A stretch of DNA of 61,726 nucleotides, the filler included. It is 6 parts of 6 records of this genome, joined end to end, with 100 filler letters (N's around TTAATTAATTAA, not from the genome) between each part and the next. Parts side by side here need not be neighbours in the genome. Positions count along the whole stretch, not along the records: positions 44,009 to 61,726 come from DRR723986_11804; 5 more parts are not named here. One strand, 5' to 3'. Below the pieces are notes generated by a model. That model saw nothing but the letters and a program-made list of their open reading frames with translations, did not search any database and was not told where the DNA came from. Positions 46,384-56,840 of this stretch are shown piece by piece. The translations under genes were made by a program, and so were the position numbers. The number at the start of each line of letters is the position of its first letter. The first letter of the stretch is position 1.

Positions 46384-48736
46384 GGGGCGAGCACCCAAGG
46401 GGAATCGGCGCAAGACTCGGGACACGCGCAGCAAACCGCAAACCGAACCTGCCGTAAGCCCCGGGAGAACAAGCCGTGAGTCGCTGCAGTGGGGTAAGTA
46501 TGCGGTCTCGGCAACGGCGCTGTTGCTGGCGACGCAAGTCGTTTGGGCTCTGGTGCAGCCGCATGACGCCGTCGGCGTGTTTCGCGGAAATGCGCTGCCG
46601 CAAAATCTGCTTTGGCTTGTGACTGGTTGTGCAGCGGCTCTTGCTGGGCTGGCTGGAGGACTGCGTTTGAAGCTCGCTGTTTGGCAGTGGGCTTTTTTGC
46701 TTGGGCTGCTTGTGTCGTTTGTCGTTACAACGGTTTGCGCTGGCAGTGAGAATAATCCGAGAACGGCCTGGTTCGGATTCTGGCAGGTGATTTCGATACT
46801 AGCTGCGTTTGCGATTACGCGCGCCTTTGCGACATGCACTGCGCATCGCACGTTGTTGATCGGGCTGCTGCTCACTGGCGGTGTTGGACTTAGTTGCCAC
46901 GGTCTGTTCCAGGCGTTTGTCACGATGCCTGCCGCCCGCGCGGAATATCTGCAAGATCCAGACGCCTTCCTGGCTGGCAATCCTGAGGTGGATGCCCCAG
47001 CCGGCTCTCCAGCGAGAAAGCGGTTTGAAGATAGGTTCCTCAGCAGCAAAGAACCGCTGGCGACGTTTGCCCTGACGAACTCTCTGGCGGTAGTGTTGAC
47101 CGTCGTGCTTGTTTTGGCCGTTGGCTGTCTATTTGTGCAGCCGGACGACGGCGCTGGCGCGGGTCGCGGCTACATGGAGCTTGGTTGCGTATTTTTGATA
47201 GTCGCGTTGGTCGGATGCACTTGGTTTCTAACCCGCAGCCGGACCGCCTATATCGCCCTCGCCGCGGCCTTGGTCTACCTGTGGGCAATGAGCCGGCTAT
47301 CTCGGCGCAAGTGGTCGTTTGGAGCTCATGGAAAGTGGGCCGTTGTTGCAGTCGTGCTCCTGTTTGCTTTCGGCGTGATTTGGTTGGTCGGAAATGACCG
47401 CCTTGTTCTGAGTGAGTCACTGTACAGTCTAAGATTTCGACTGGACTACTGGTACGGAAGTGTTGCACTCCTCCAGGAGCAGTGGTTGTGCGGAGTTGGG
47501 CTCGGGAATTTTCAAGCTTACTATCCCCAGTATATGTTGGAGACGGCCAGCGAGACGATCGCTGATCCTCACAATTGGTTTTTCGATATAGCGACAGCGC
47601 TCGGATTGCCAGCGGCCTTTGCGCTTGGAGCGTTTCTTCTATTTGTGTTGTTGCCGCGAGCAGAAGCAGTCAGTGCTTCGGCCGCAAGTACGAGTGGTGA
47701 TCAGCTAGATGCATCGAATTCTATGTTGGCCGGCGCTATCGGTGGCGGTGGGCTGGTTGTCGGGGTGTTAAGTTCGATCGGTGGCCTGGAAGCAGGTCCG
47801 CTGGTCTTCGGGTTTGCTGTGGGTGGCGTGATCGCATTTGCACTGCGTCGCCGCTTGCGGAGTGTCGTGTCGAATCATCCGGTCGTGCTTCAGGCAATGG
47901 CGTTTTCGATCGTCGTCTGCTTGCTGGCAACTGGCTCGTGGCAGGCCAGTGGTCTTGCAGTTCCTGCGGTGGTAGTTATTGCGCTGAGCGTTTCAATGGG
48001 AAGGCCCGCCAGTGACCAGCTCGGTGAAGGAACGCCCAGGTCGTCAGGAGTGTATGGGGTTGCACCGGTGTTGTTGGCCTTCGTTGGGTTGGGTGTTTTT
48101 GCGCTGCAGACCTGGACGCCTGTCACAAAGGGTTGGTTGCTGAGTCAGCAGATCAGTTACTCCACTTCAACAACGCGGCAGCTTGATTTGTCGCGACAGT
48201 GGCAAGATGCTGATTCACTGGATAGTTCGGCTGATTCGATCGAGGCGCAAATTTTGGTTGGGCAGGCGATGAGTGATCGAGCTGCGTTTGAGCAATCTCA
48301 CTCAGCCGCAGTCGATGCGGTCGCGTCCTGGTTGACGCGCGATTCCAGGCCGTTTGGAAACTGGCAGTTGGCTTCGAGTTTGATGTTGGATCTTGCGTCC
48401 GCGGCGCAGCAGTCTGGCAAGGAACCAGAGCTAGACGAGCTGCTTGGTCGAGCTGCTGAGTATTCGGGGGAAGCAGTCACGCGTTATCCCAGTAGTGCAG
48501 GGCTGAATCTGCAGGCGGCACTGTGTCACAGAATGCTTGGGGATGGTCCTGCCGCTGAAGCGTTTCTTGCCGAAGCTGAGCGGCTGAGCGAGCAAACACC
48601 TCACGAGGACAAGAAGCTGTCCGCCCAGCAGGTCTATCTACCGCCGGTGCTCGGGGCACTCGTCGGACAGAATGCTTTGGGGGGCGATGGGCGGTGGAAC
48701 GCTGAACTGGTTCAGGCATGGCTGCGTAAACAATAG
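46376..48736 (+). CDS. O-antigen ligase family membrane protein with helical C-terminal domain
   Basis: ATFALTNSLA, LTRSRTA, RLDYW, GVGLGNF, DPHNWF. Confidence 0.85.
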   Translation: MSKGRAPKGNRRKTRDTRSKPQTEPAVSPGRTSRESLQWGKYAVSATALLLATQVVWALVQPHDAVGVFRGNALPQNLLWLVTGCAAALAGLAGGLRLKLAVWQWAFLLGLLVSFVVTTVCAGSENNPRTAWFGFWQVISILAAFAITRAFATCTAHRTLLIGLLLTGGVGLSCHGLFQAFVTMPAARAEYLQDPDAFLAGNPEVDAPAGSPARKRFEDRFLSSKEPLATFALTNSLAVVLTVVLVLAVGCLFVQPDDGAGAGRGYMELGCVFLIVALVGCTWFLTRSRTAYIALAAALVYLWAMSRLSRRKWSFGAHGKWAVVAVVLLFAFGVIWLVGNDRLVLSESLYSLRFRLDYWYGSVALLQEQWLCGVGLGNFQAYYPQYMLETASETIADPHNWFFDIATALGLPAAFALGAFLLFVLLPRAEAVSASAASTSGDQLDASNSMLAGAIGGGGLVVGVLSSIGGLEAGPLVFGFAVGGVIAFALRRRLRSVVSNHPVVLQAMAFSIVVCLLATGSWQASGLAVPAVVVIALSVSMGRPASDQLGEGTPRSSGVYGVAPVLLAFVGLGVFALQTWTPVTKGWLLSQQISYSTSTTRQLDLSRQWQDADSLDSSADSIEAQILVGQAMSDRAAFEQSHSAAVDAVASWLTRDSRPFGNWQLASSLMLDLASAAQQSGKEPELDELLGRAAEYSGEAVTRYPSSAGLNLQAALCHRMLGDGPAAEAFLAEAERLSEQTPHEDKKLSAQQVYLPPVLGALVGQNALGGDGRWNAELVQAWLRKQ

Positions 48737-48781
48737 AGGCTCCGACTGGCCTTGTTTTGAATGTTTCGAGGAAATTGATCG

Positions 48782-49984
48782 ATGATACGAATGCTGCTCG
48801 TGATGGTTGTCGCTGGCGTTGTTGGCTGGCTTGGGGCGAAATTCGAGGCTGGGAACGCGTTTGCGGGTGCCAAGGAGCGGTTTTCGTCGTCGCGAGAGAC
48901 CTATGCTGAGCGGACCGGACGGATTACGAAGGAAGAGATCCTCAAGGCCGAGGGGGATCCGAAAGTGGAAGTCGAGGGCGGCACAAACTTCAACTTCGGC
49001 ACGATGAAGCACGGTGAGACGCGAAGCCATGAATTTGTTATTCGCAATATTGGCACCGGCCCCCTGCACCTGGAAATGGGGCAGACAACCTGCAAATGCA
49101 CCATCGGCGATCTCGAAGAATCCGTGCTTGAGCCTGGTGAAGAGACTCAGATTCGGCTCACTTGGACGGCGCAGACGCTGATTCGGGATTTCGGTCAAAC
49201 GGCGAAGATCATCACTACTGACCCCGAGGCTACTGAGGTCAAGCTGACCGTTCGAGGGCAAGTCGTTGATAGTTTTGTGCTCGAACCCGGTGAGCTCAAC
49301 TTCGGTGACTTCCTCGGTACCGACGGCGTCTCGAAAACGCTTTACGTCGTGAACTACTTCGAAGACGACGTAGATTTGGAGGATCTGCACTGGACCGACA
49401 AGAAGACAGTTCCGTTGCTTGACATCAAGAAAGAGAAACTGCCGATGGATTTCGAGCGGTTTCCGCAGCACACCGAGGCTAAGGGGATGTTCAAGATCGA
49501 CGTCAGTGTTGCTCCAGGAATGCCGCTCGGGCGTCTCAAGGGGCGACTTCGATTCTCAACGACTCTTGGCGAAGACATTGGGATGATCGACGTCCCTACT
49601 CAAGGGCGTGCCACCGGAGATTTTTCACTGATCGGTGGCTCTAGCTTCAATCCCATGCTCAACATGGTCAAGTTCGGTACCGTCGAGGCGAAGGAAGGTA
49701 GCAGCATCACCATCTTTGCACGCATCAGTGAGAAATTGGCCAGTCGAGGTAAACCAGAAATCGCCAAAGTGACTCCGGAAGGATCCTTAAAAGCTAGCAT
49801 TGGCGAGGGCAAAAAGACCGGCGCCAGTGTGATGTTCCCTATTCACTTGGAAATTCCCAAGGGAGCTGATCCAGTCAGCTTGGCGGGTCCCAAGGCGGAT
49901 CAATATGGGCAAGTCGTTCTGAAGATCGAAGGCGAATCAGGCGGTGAATTGCCGGTATACTGTCGCATGATCATTGTCGAGTAA
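48782..49984 (+). CDS. DUF1573 domain protein
   Basis: FNFGTM...HEFVIRNIGTGPL...TTCKCT...LEPGEET. Confidence 0.85.
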   Translation: MIRMLLVMVVAGVVGWLGAKFEAGNAFAGAKERFSSSRETYAERTGRITKEEILKAEGDPKVEVEGGTNFNFGTMKHGETRSHEFVIRNIGTGPLHLEMGQTTCKCTIGDLEESVLEPGEETQIRLTWTAQTLIRDFGQTAKIITTDPEATEVKLTVRGQVVDSFVLEPGELNFGDFLGTDGVSKTLYVVNYFEDDVDLEDLHWTDKKTVPLLDIKKEKLPMDFERFPQHTEAKGMFKIDVSVAPGMPLGRLKGRLRFSTTLGEDIGMIDVPTQGRATGDFSLIGGSSFNPMLNMVKFGTVEAKEGSSITIFARISEKLASRGKPEIAKVTPEGSLKASIGEGKKTGASVMFPIHLEIPKGADPVSLAGPKADQYGQVVLKIEGESGGELPVYCRMIIVE

Positions 49985-50227
49985 CACGCCGCGTTTTCGT
50001 AGCAGCGGTTGTTCATGAATTAAGCGGGGGATCGCCAACACCTACCGGCATTTTCGAACTTTGGTGCGTCCCGACGCGTTTATCTCTAGACACCGATCGC
50101 CAGACGTTTTACCAAGAAGGTTTACGGGGCAGCGTTTCGCTGGCTCGTGAACCATTGCGCCCTGCCAGATCTGGTGAACTGGTCCGGCGAAGTCCATCGA
50201 TAGCAACAATCAGGATGAGGTCTTTCT

Positions 50228-52228
50228 GTGGTCGGGACTAACAAACCAAACGCGTCTGCAGACTCAATATCCAATCATGACGGCCAGCGGTCGGTTCGAG
50301 GAACTGGAGTAGCAACTCGGATGTTGCTGCTTGCTGCGTTTGCTGGAACTATGCAGCTTGTGGGCTGCATTGCGGCCGATGAAGAGTCCCGGCAAGCGGC
50401 AAAGCGAATCCAGAAACAGGCTGAGCAGCGAAGAAACGGTGACGACGCAATCGATAGCGATCCAGCTCCCGTCGTCGATCCAGCAGCACTCAACGAAAAC
50501 GGTGAAATCGTACTCGACGGACCAGTTGCGGATAGCGATACAACCGAAGACGACACAGCCAAGGGCGATACGCCCGAGAGTGTGACCGATGATGCCGCTT
50601 CGCAGGAAACGATTTCGCAGGGTGTCAGTTCACAGGGCGATTCCGCTACCGACGACGCCACAAAGGGTGACGCCCCGCCGATGCAGCTAACTGACAGCGG
50701 CGATGGTGCAGACGCTGGTTCGAAGGGTACAGACCAAGAAGTGAAGCCACAATTGGCCTCTGGTGCGAACAAGCTTCCTGGAGCATCGGCAGGCGACCGA
50801 GAGGAATTGCCTGACGCGGCAAACGTGGCCACCTTCGATCAAAAGAATCAGAAGATCGCGACCGACTGGCCCGATCCTCAAGCCGTAATCTTTGTCTCCG
50901 GTCAGCAGCATGGCTACATCGAGCCGTGTGGATGTACAGGACTGGAAAATCAGAAGGGTGGTTTGATTCGTCGCGACACGTTGTTAACCGAACTTCGCGG
51001 CCGAGGCTGGGAGTTGGTGCCAATCGATGTAGGAAACCAAGTTCGGCGTTCCGGTCGCCAGCCGACATTGAAATTTCAGAGCACCGTCAACGCGTTCAAA
51101 ATGATGGATTACAAAGCCGTCACACTCGGGGCCGATGATGTTCTCCTGAATGATGTTGACCTGATTGCAATCGCTGGCACCGATGGACCAAATGTTCTGC
51201 CTTTTATTTCAGCAAATGTAGTGATCTACGACGAGATGTTCTTCCCCAGTTACAAAGTCGTCGAAGCTGGCGGGCGGAAGATCGGAATCACCGGCTATCT
51301 CGGGAAAGAGCACGAAGACAAGATTCGTGGAACGGATATTATCTTTCACGATCCCGTTGAGAGGTTGCAGCCAATTGTTAAGGAGCTGAAGGACCAGGGT
51401 TGCGACTATTTGGTGCTGCTGGCACATTCTTCCCTGGAAGGATCAGCAGAAGTTGCACGCCAAGTTGACGGTTTTGACCTTGTCGTTACGGCTGGAGGAT
51501 TCGGTGAACCGACACTGAATCCAGAGCCGATTGACGGTACCGAAGCGGTCATGGTTCAGGTTGGCACCAAGGGTATGTGGGGTGGCATCGTTGGGCTGTT
51601 CGATGATCCTGATATGCCAGTTCGCTATCAGAAGATCGCCATTTCGTCGCAGTTCAAGGATTCTGAGCGAATGTTGGCCGAGTTTGAGAACTACCAAGAG
51701 AAGCTCAAGGATGCGGGTTTCGAAGAGCTCGATGCTGTCGAAATGGCCCACAGTTCCGGCAACAAATTTGTCGGCTCTGAAGTCTGCGGGGACTGCCACA
51801 CGACAGCCTACGAGATCTGGGAGGATTCACCGCACGTGCATGCCACAGATTCAATTGTTGCCGCCAACAATGATCGTGGTGGGATCGCTCGTCACTTTGA
51901 TCCCGAGTGTGTTAGCTGCCACGTTACCGGTTGGGAGCCGCAGAAGTTCTATCCGTTTGAAAGTGGTTTTGCGAGCTTGGAGAAGTCCGAAAAGCTGGTC
52001 GGTAGTGGCTGTGAAAATTGTCATGGGCCCGGCAGTGCGCATGTGGCCGCAGAAATGGGCGACATCGATGTTTCCAACGAGCGGCTTATCGAACTGCAGC
52101 AACAGATGGTTCTGACGCTCGAAGACGCTCGCGAGAGCCACTGCCTCCAGTGTCATGATTTGGACAATAGTCCAGACTTCAAATTTGACGAGTACTGGGA
52201 CGTCGTTAAGCACTACGGCAAAGACTAG
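50228..52228 (+). CDS. lipoprotein with metallophosphoesterase-like domain and tetraheme c554-like cytochrome
   Basis: LVGC lipobox-like, acidic linker, GYIEPCGC, DVGN; CGDCH, CVSCH, CENCH and CLQCH heme motifs. Confidence 0.85.
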   Translation: MVGTNKPNASADSISNHDGQRSVRGTGVATRMLLLAAFAGTMQLVGCIAADEESRQAAKRIQKQAEQRRNGDDAIDSDPAPVVDPAALNENGEIVLDGPVADSDTTEDDTAKGDTPESVTDDAASQETISQGVSSQGDSATDDATKGDAPPMQLTDSGDGADAGSKGTDQEVKPQLASGANKLPGASAGDREELPDAANVATFDQKNQKIATDWPDPQAVIFVSGQQHGYIEPCGCTGLENQKGGLIRRDTLLTELRGRGWELVPIDVGNQVRRSGRQPTLKFQSTVNAFKMMDYKAVTLGADDVLLNDVDLIAIAGTDGPNVLPFISANVVIYDEMFFPSYKVVEAGGRKIGITGYLGKEHEDKIRGTDIIFHDPVERLQPIVKELKDQGCDYLVLLAHSSLEGSAEVARQVDGFDLVVTAGGFGEPTLNPEPIDGTEAVMVQVGTKGMWGGIVGLFDDPDMPVRYQKIAISSQFKDSERMLAEFENYQEKLKDAGFEELDAVEMAHSSGNKFVGSEVCGDCHTTAYEIWEDSPHVHATDSIVAANNDRGGIARHFDPECVSCHVTGWEPQKFYPFESGFASLEKSEKLVGSGCENCHGPGSAHVAAEMGDIDVSNERLIELQQQMVLTLEDARESHCLQCHDLDNSPDFKFDEYWDVVKHYGKD

Positions 52229-52284
52229 TGCTCGGCCCACGCGGCTGTTTCAACGTCCTTTTCAGCACGCTATTTGTGGCCGGG

Positions 52285-54156
52285 CTATTTGTGGCTGAAC
52301 TGCCACAGTGGTTCCGGTGCTTCGGTTAGATCGGAAGTCTTCCCGCGCTCGCAAAGCATTTGCGTGGCCTTGTCTTGTGGAAACGCCCGAGCAGTTTCGC
52401 TGAGCGCAGCGTTAAAGCCCTTGTCTCGGCTGTAAATCATCTCGATCAGTTGCTGCCACTGTTGGGCTAGTGCTCTGTTCTCATCCGTGGGCGAAAGTGG
52501 CTGCGCGATGCTGGTAGGTGTAGAAAGTCCTGCGAGCAAAGCGGTTCCGAGCGGCCTAAATAGCATGCCGCGAGTGCTTGTTTCGAACTGGGTGGTCGCT
52601 TGGCTGACAAGTGTGTGAATCCCGAAAAACTTGCTCGCACCCTGCAATCGACTTGCCAGGTTTACGGTGTCGCCCAGTGGCCCGTATTTGAACTTCTTGG
52701 TCGATCCCGTGTTTCCAACGCTAGCCAGTCCCGAAGCAATGCCGATGCGGATATCGGTCGGGCTGCCGATCTTCTGCAGCCATTGTGCGTCGATGTCTCG
52801 ACGGCAGTCGAGCAGCTCTTGGCTCGCCAAGCAGGCTAGTTCGTTGTGATTTGGCTGCGACTTTGGAGCACCCCACATCGCCATCAGCTCATCGCCGATA
52901 TAATCCACAAGAACACCGTTGTGCTTCAGGATGACATCACTCAGGCGATCCATGACGGCTTGAATCCACTGCATGGTTAGCTGTGGTGAAATTCTCGCTG
53001 CGATCGAGCTAAAGCCGGCGATGTCGCAGAACATCACCGAAACGTCGGCTTCCTGCGTGTCCAGCAGTTGCGGATTGATCTCAAGTTCGCGTGCGAGTTG
53101 TGGTGTAAAAAATTGTTCGAAGCGGACCTGAGCCGCAATTGCCTTCTGCCTCTCGTCTTGGCGTGCCAGCCCGGCGGCCGCACCGCATGCAAGCACTTCA
53201 ACCATCGTGGCTTCTATCTCGCTGATGTCCGGGCCAGAACTTGAATGAGCCCGTCGAACACCGTAGAGAGCACCAATGACTTCACCGGATAGGTCCAAGA
53301 TGGGCGCAATGACGAGAGCGTCGATTCCTTGAAGGCTCTGCGCGGCGCTATGCTGCGGAACGCGACGAACGGTGCTCTTCAATGTCAGTACGCGGTCAAG
53401 CATGGTCTTGCTGGGCGATGAATGTGTTTGGCCCCCAGCTCGCGAGCGTGAAGCGACAACGGACCACTGACCATCTGCAAAAGATAGGGCTAGCACTTCA
53501 TCAAGTCGGACGATTCGCTCCGCAGACTCGGCGGCCTGTTGCATGAAATCCGAGCTGCCCGATGCGCTTTGTAAGACCTCCATTGCCGCTCCCAGCCAAC
53601 CAAGGAGTTTGTGACGATCCAAGCCATCGGAATCTTGGGCTGCAAGAGATTGGTCTGCAAGCTGTGTGATGCTCCGTGAGAAATACTGGTCGTCTTGACC
53701 CGCTCGAGCGCCTGGGGCCAAGGTCCGATGGTCGAGACTGAGCAATTCCCAATTGCTTTCTTCGAAGGAGCGCTCAACGCGTATGGCGAAATTCTCAAGC
53801 GTGACCAAAACAGGCAGCCTGCGATCGCAAGATTCTCCCGGCGCGAGACGCTGGTCATTGTCGATCCACAGCGATCGCTTTTTCGAAAGATTCCAAAGAC
53901 GAACGGTTGAGTCGTCCGCATCCTGCGTAGCCTTGCTCAGGCGGAGATGCTCCCTGGAGACAAGCTTGCCGTGCATTGGCGCGATGATGAGACGCCCTTT
54001 GCCAGGATCGAACGATACCGGTGGCTCTTCGTCAGGGCGTTGCCTGCCCAGCTCTATGGTGTCGACCAGGGGCGAAGAATGGCACAGCTTCGAACCTTGG
54101 TAGACTTTGACCCAGATAACGTCTGACTGACTCGACACGCAACTTCGACCTTTCAT
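52285..54156 (-). CDS. class III nucleotide cyclase with FHA-like and GAF-like N-terminal domains
   Basis: FCDIAGFS, DYIGDELMAMWGAP, GDTVNLASRLQG. Confidence 0.9.
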   Translation of the reverse strand: MKGRSCVSSQSDVIWVKVYQGSKLCHSSPLVDTIELGRQRPDEEPPVSFDPGKGRLIIAPMHGKLVSREHLRLSKATQDADDSTVRLWNLSKKRSLWIDNDQRLAPGESCDRRLPVLVTLENFAIRVERSFEESNWELLSLDHRTLAPGARAGQDDQYFSRSITQLADQSLAAQDSDGLDRHKLLGWLGAAMEVLQSASGSSDFMQQAAESAERIVRLDEVLALSFADGQWSVVASRSRAGGQTHSSPSKTMLDRVLTLKSTVRRVPQHSAAQSLQGIDALVIAPILDLSGEVIGALYGVRRAHSSSGPDISEIEATMVEVLACGAAAGLARQDERQKAIAAQVRFEQFFTPQLARELEINPQLLDTQEADVSVMFCDIAGFSSIAARISPQLTMQWIQAVMDRLSDVILKHNGVLVDYIGDELMAMWGAPKSQPNHNELACLASQELLDCRRDIDAQWLQKIGSPTDIRIGIASGLASVGNTGSTKKFKYGPLGDTVNLASRLQGASKFFGIHTLVSQATTQFETSTRGMLFRPLGTALLAGLSTPTSIAQPLSPTDENRALAQQWQQLIEMIYSRDKGFNAALSETARAFPQDKATQMLCERGKTSDLTEAPEPLWQFSHK

Positions 54157-54394
54157 GTGGAGTGGGAGGAGCCGTTCGGCCAGCGGCCCGAAATGTCTCA
54201 GGTTGAGACGAGAATCTCATTCTAAGGGGCCGTGCGATGAGTTGGATCGTGGAGCTGGGAAAATTCCCATTTCGTTACGCGGCGGTAATCCCGCGAATTC
54301 CCAGGGTAAACGCAGGTTCGTTGGTCATTTTTGGGGAAAGTCGATCAGTTTGGCCCTTTTGGCACGCAAGTCGCTTAACTAGTTACGCACTGAA

Positions 54395-54582
54395 GGGCAT
54401 TCGTGATGCCCATCGAGCCACTTTGGGAGAGACGCACCGGCTGAAACACTGAACTTTGGGGGGCATGGCGATTCTTTAACTTTCCCTCACCGCAATTTTA
54501 GATCCGTCATGTTCCCCGCCAATACACGCGCGTCTCCCCACCACGGGGCGTCCTTCCTTTCAGGAGGGGCGCCTTGTTTTTT
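54395..54582 (+). ncRNA. candidate structured sRNA with intrinsic terminator
   Basis: Nested stems 54424-54435/54530-54540 and 54458-54474/54500-54517; terminator hairpin 54545-54575 followed by T6. Confidence 0.5.
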
Positions 54583-54628
54583 GCGCGAGCACCGATGTTC
54601 TTGCTCGTCAGGTATCGACACTGGCCAC

Positions 54629-54668
54629 AAAAAAACCGCTGAAGCTTAAGGCAGCTACAGCGGTCTTG
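54629..54668 (-). terminator. terminator of the PVC signature protein gene
   Basis: A-run then CCGCTG...CAGCGG stem. Confidence 0.65.
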
Positions 54669-54723
54669 GTGTGTCCAGGTTTTCAATTCCCCGCGGTTGA
54701 GACTAGGGAATCGGCAGCGACGA

Positions 54724-54930
54724 CTACTTCTTGTCGTCGTCTTCCTTCTTGACCTTCTTCTTCTTCTTCAGCGAGACTTTGACGACTCGCGTCTTGGGGA
54801 TGCCAATGACTGAGTCACCCTCTGACCAACGATCCAGCTCAGCGAGCCGTTTCAGCCGCTCTACTCGCGTCAAAACGTTGCGGTTCTTGATCAAACCGCC
54901 GCTAACCTTGAGGCTCTTGTCGAGCGTCAT
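54724..54930 (-). CDS. small basic protein, PVC superphylum signature protein
   Basis: MTLDKSLK...RNVLTRVERLKRL...W..GDSVIGIPKTRV with Lys-rich tail. Confidence 0.9.
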   Translation of the reverse strand: MTLDKSLKVSGGLIKNRNVLTRVERLKRLAELDRWSEGDSVIGIPKTRVVKVSLKKKKKVKKEDDDKK

Positions 54931-55220
54931 TGTTCTACTCCAAGACAGCAAACTATCGAATTCGGTAAATAAACACCAAGCAACCGGCTGGGCGTTTTCA
55001 TGTTCTCATTTCAGCATGCGACCGCCGACAACTCACGGATGAAGGCCCGGCGCAGGGGATGAGTTTAGACGTTCGCCCGGTTGTCAGCAATGCCTAATGG
55101 CGCTGACCATTTGCTGTAAGTGCCTTTTTAGCTAGCAACTTGTGGCGATCCTCCGCGGCTCTCTAGCTCTTCGTTGTGGATAACATGTCAGTTGAATGTT
55201 CGCAGTCGGTCGGTAGGCGG

Positions 55221-56708
55221 TCAGTCTGCGGTCGGCCGATTGTCAGATGGTGTCAGTTCCATCTTTCGCCGCTGGCACCCGAGGCCGACAGCGGCAATCG
55301 CGTAAATGCTTGGCAGAACGGGAGCTCGCATCCGCATGTTGCTCCAATAGATCGAATGAACAGCCGTCAGGCTAACCGCAATGGCGATTGGCAGGATCCA
55401 GTGCGAGAGTCGGCCCCGACCAACATGAGCCGATGATTTGAACAAGCGAAAAGCACCCATCGCGGCAGCCGCGAAAAGGGCCAGGTACCAGGCTCCAATC
55501 GCGATCCTTACGATCAAGGAACCTTGGTTGGGCCAAGGAGCCCATAGCCAAAGTGTTCGGTATCCGCAGCTCATGAGAAATGCTGTCGGCCGAGAGCGTA
55601 TGTTCTGTTTCGCAATCGTCGAGGCGAGCTGGTCGTCGTTGAGTTCTTGGGGCTCGGTGTCTGCGGCGGTCAACGCCGATCGCACCAGCTCAGGCTCTTG
55701 AGTGAGCGAGTCAATATCGCGGGCGGCCCAAGCGGCATGAAAGGGCTCAGCGTCCCAGTTGCGGCTGGGCCCGTTTTCAATCATGTGGTCATAGAGAAAG
55801 TTGTTGTTAGCCAGCAGTAGTGTGTATCCTCCATGAGTGGTAGCCCAGATTGGCTTTCCAAGTTGTTGGCGATTACGAGCAATCCAAGGTATCAGGACCA
55901 ACGCAACCATCGCACACAACGCTGCACTCTCAGTCAAGCGAACGGGCCACTTCTTTGGGCGAAGAATTACGCTCGCCACGATGCAAAGTGCCACCACCGG
56001 TGCAGCGGTGGGTCGTGCAAGAATGGAGATTCCAAAGACGCAACCCAACAGCAATATCAAAATCGCGTGCTTGACGCGTTGCGGGGTTTGAGTAGGCGGC
56101 TTGTTGCCACCGCACAGTTGCTTGCTCGCAAGCTCGACTTGAATCCATAGCCACCAGGCCAGTGCAAAGAGAAAGGTTGCGAGGGTTTCCGTCATCGCTG
56201 ACTGTCCCGCCCTCAGCAAAATCGGGTCAACGGCCACCAGCAATCCAACAACGGTGGCTGCGAGCTGGTTTTGAGCAAGTCGCATCACCACCAGGGCTGA
56301 AAAAACACACGTGAGAATCCCGAGTAGTACGTTCACTATCGCGACACCGCTGGCTGGAATCGTCCAAGTTCCGCTGTGCTGCGTGGGAGCATCCGGGGCA
56401 GGCACCGAGACAGGCACTGCGAACCAACTGTATAACCACGGTAGAAGAGGCGGGCGGAAGGCCGTTGGCGTCACGGAGTCGGATGGTGATTGGGCGCTGG
56501 GATCTTCAAAACCGTAGATGCCCGTCTGTGCCCAGTTGCTGGCGAGTCTCAGGTACGAGTCAGTGTCTTCGACCAACGAAGAGCGAAGGCGTACGCCTGA
56601 GTCGCTGCTTTCAAAGCAGATCGTGGTTCGTACGCAGGCGACGACAACGACCAACGCGACAATGCTAAGAATGTGCAAAGATCGGTGTGAGTCATTGGCG
56701 TCGCTCAT
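55221..56708 (-). CDS. GT-C fold (ArnT/PMT-like) membrane glycosyltransferase
   Basis: DTDSY, TAFRPPL, MTETLATFL, LARP, PWIARN; multiple TM helices. Confidence 0.78.
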   Translation of the reverse strand: MSDANDSHRSLHILSIVALVVVVACVRTTICFESSDSGVRLRSSLVEDTDSYLRLASNWAQTGIYGFEDPSAQSPSDSVTPTAFRPPLLPWLYSWFAVPVSVPAPDAPTQHSGTWTIPASGVAIVNVLLGILTCVFSALVVMRLAQNQLAATVVGLLVAVDPILLRAGQSAMTETLATFLFALAWWLWIQVELASKQLCGGNKPPTQTPQRVKHAILILLLGCVFGISILARPTAAPVVALCIVASVILRPKKWPVRLTESAALCAMVALVLIPWIARNRQQLGKPIWATTHGGYTLLLANNNFLYDHMIENGPSRNWDAEPFHAAWAARDIDSLTQEPELVRSALTAADTEPQELNDDQLASTIAKQNIRSRPTAFLMSCGYRTLWLWAPWPNQGSLIVRIAIGAWYLALFAAAAMGAFRLFKSSAHVGRGRLSHWILPIAIAVSLTAVHSIYWSNMRMRAPVLPSIYAIAAVGLGCQRRKMELTPSDNRPTAD

Positions 56709-56840
56709 TGGAAGGCATCCTATGTATCCAGAATCTGGTGGGAAATAGCTAGAGTTCTGGTCGATTGCAGCGATTCGAGCGAGCTTTTTCGCTGCTGTGA
56801 GCAACGGCGCATGACGCAGTGAAGTGAATGTTGCGGATCT

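Noticed and set aside
52285-54156. Pycsar/CBASS-type defence cyclase
   Set aside because: No adjacent TIR or transmembrane cyclic-nucleotide effector; the FHA/GAF architecture and housekeeping context suggest signalling
55175-55183. Perfect DnaA box as oriC
   Set aside because: Single copy with no box cluster or AT-rich unwinding element
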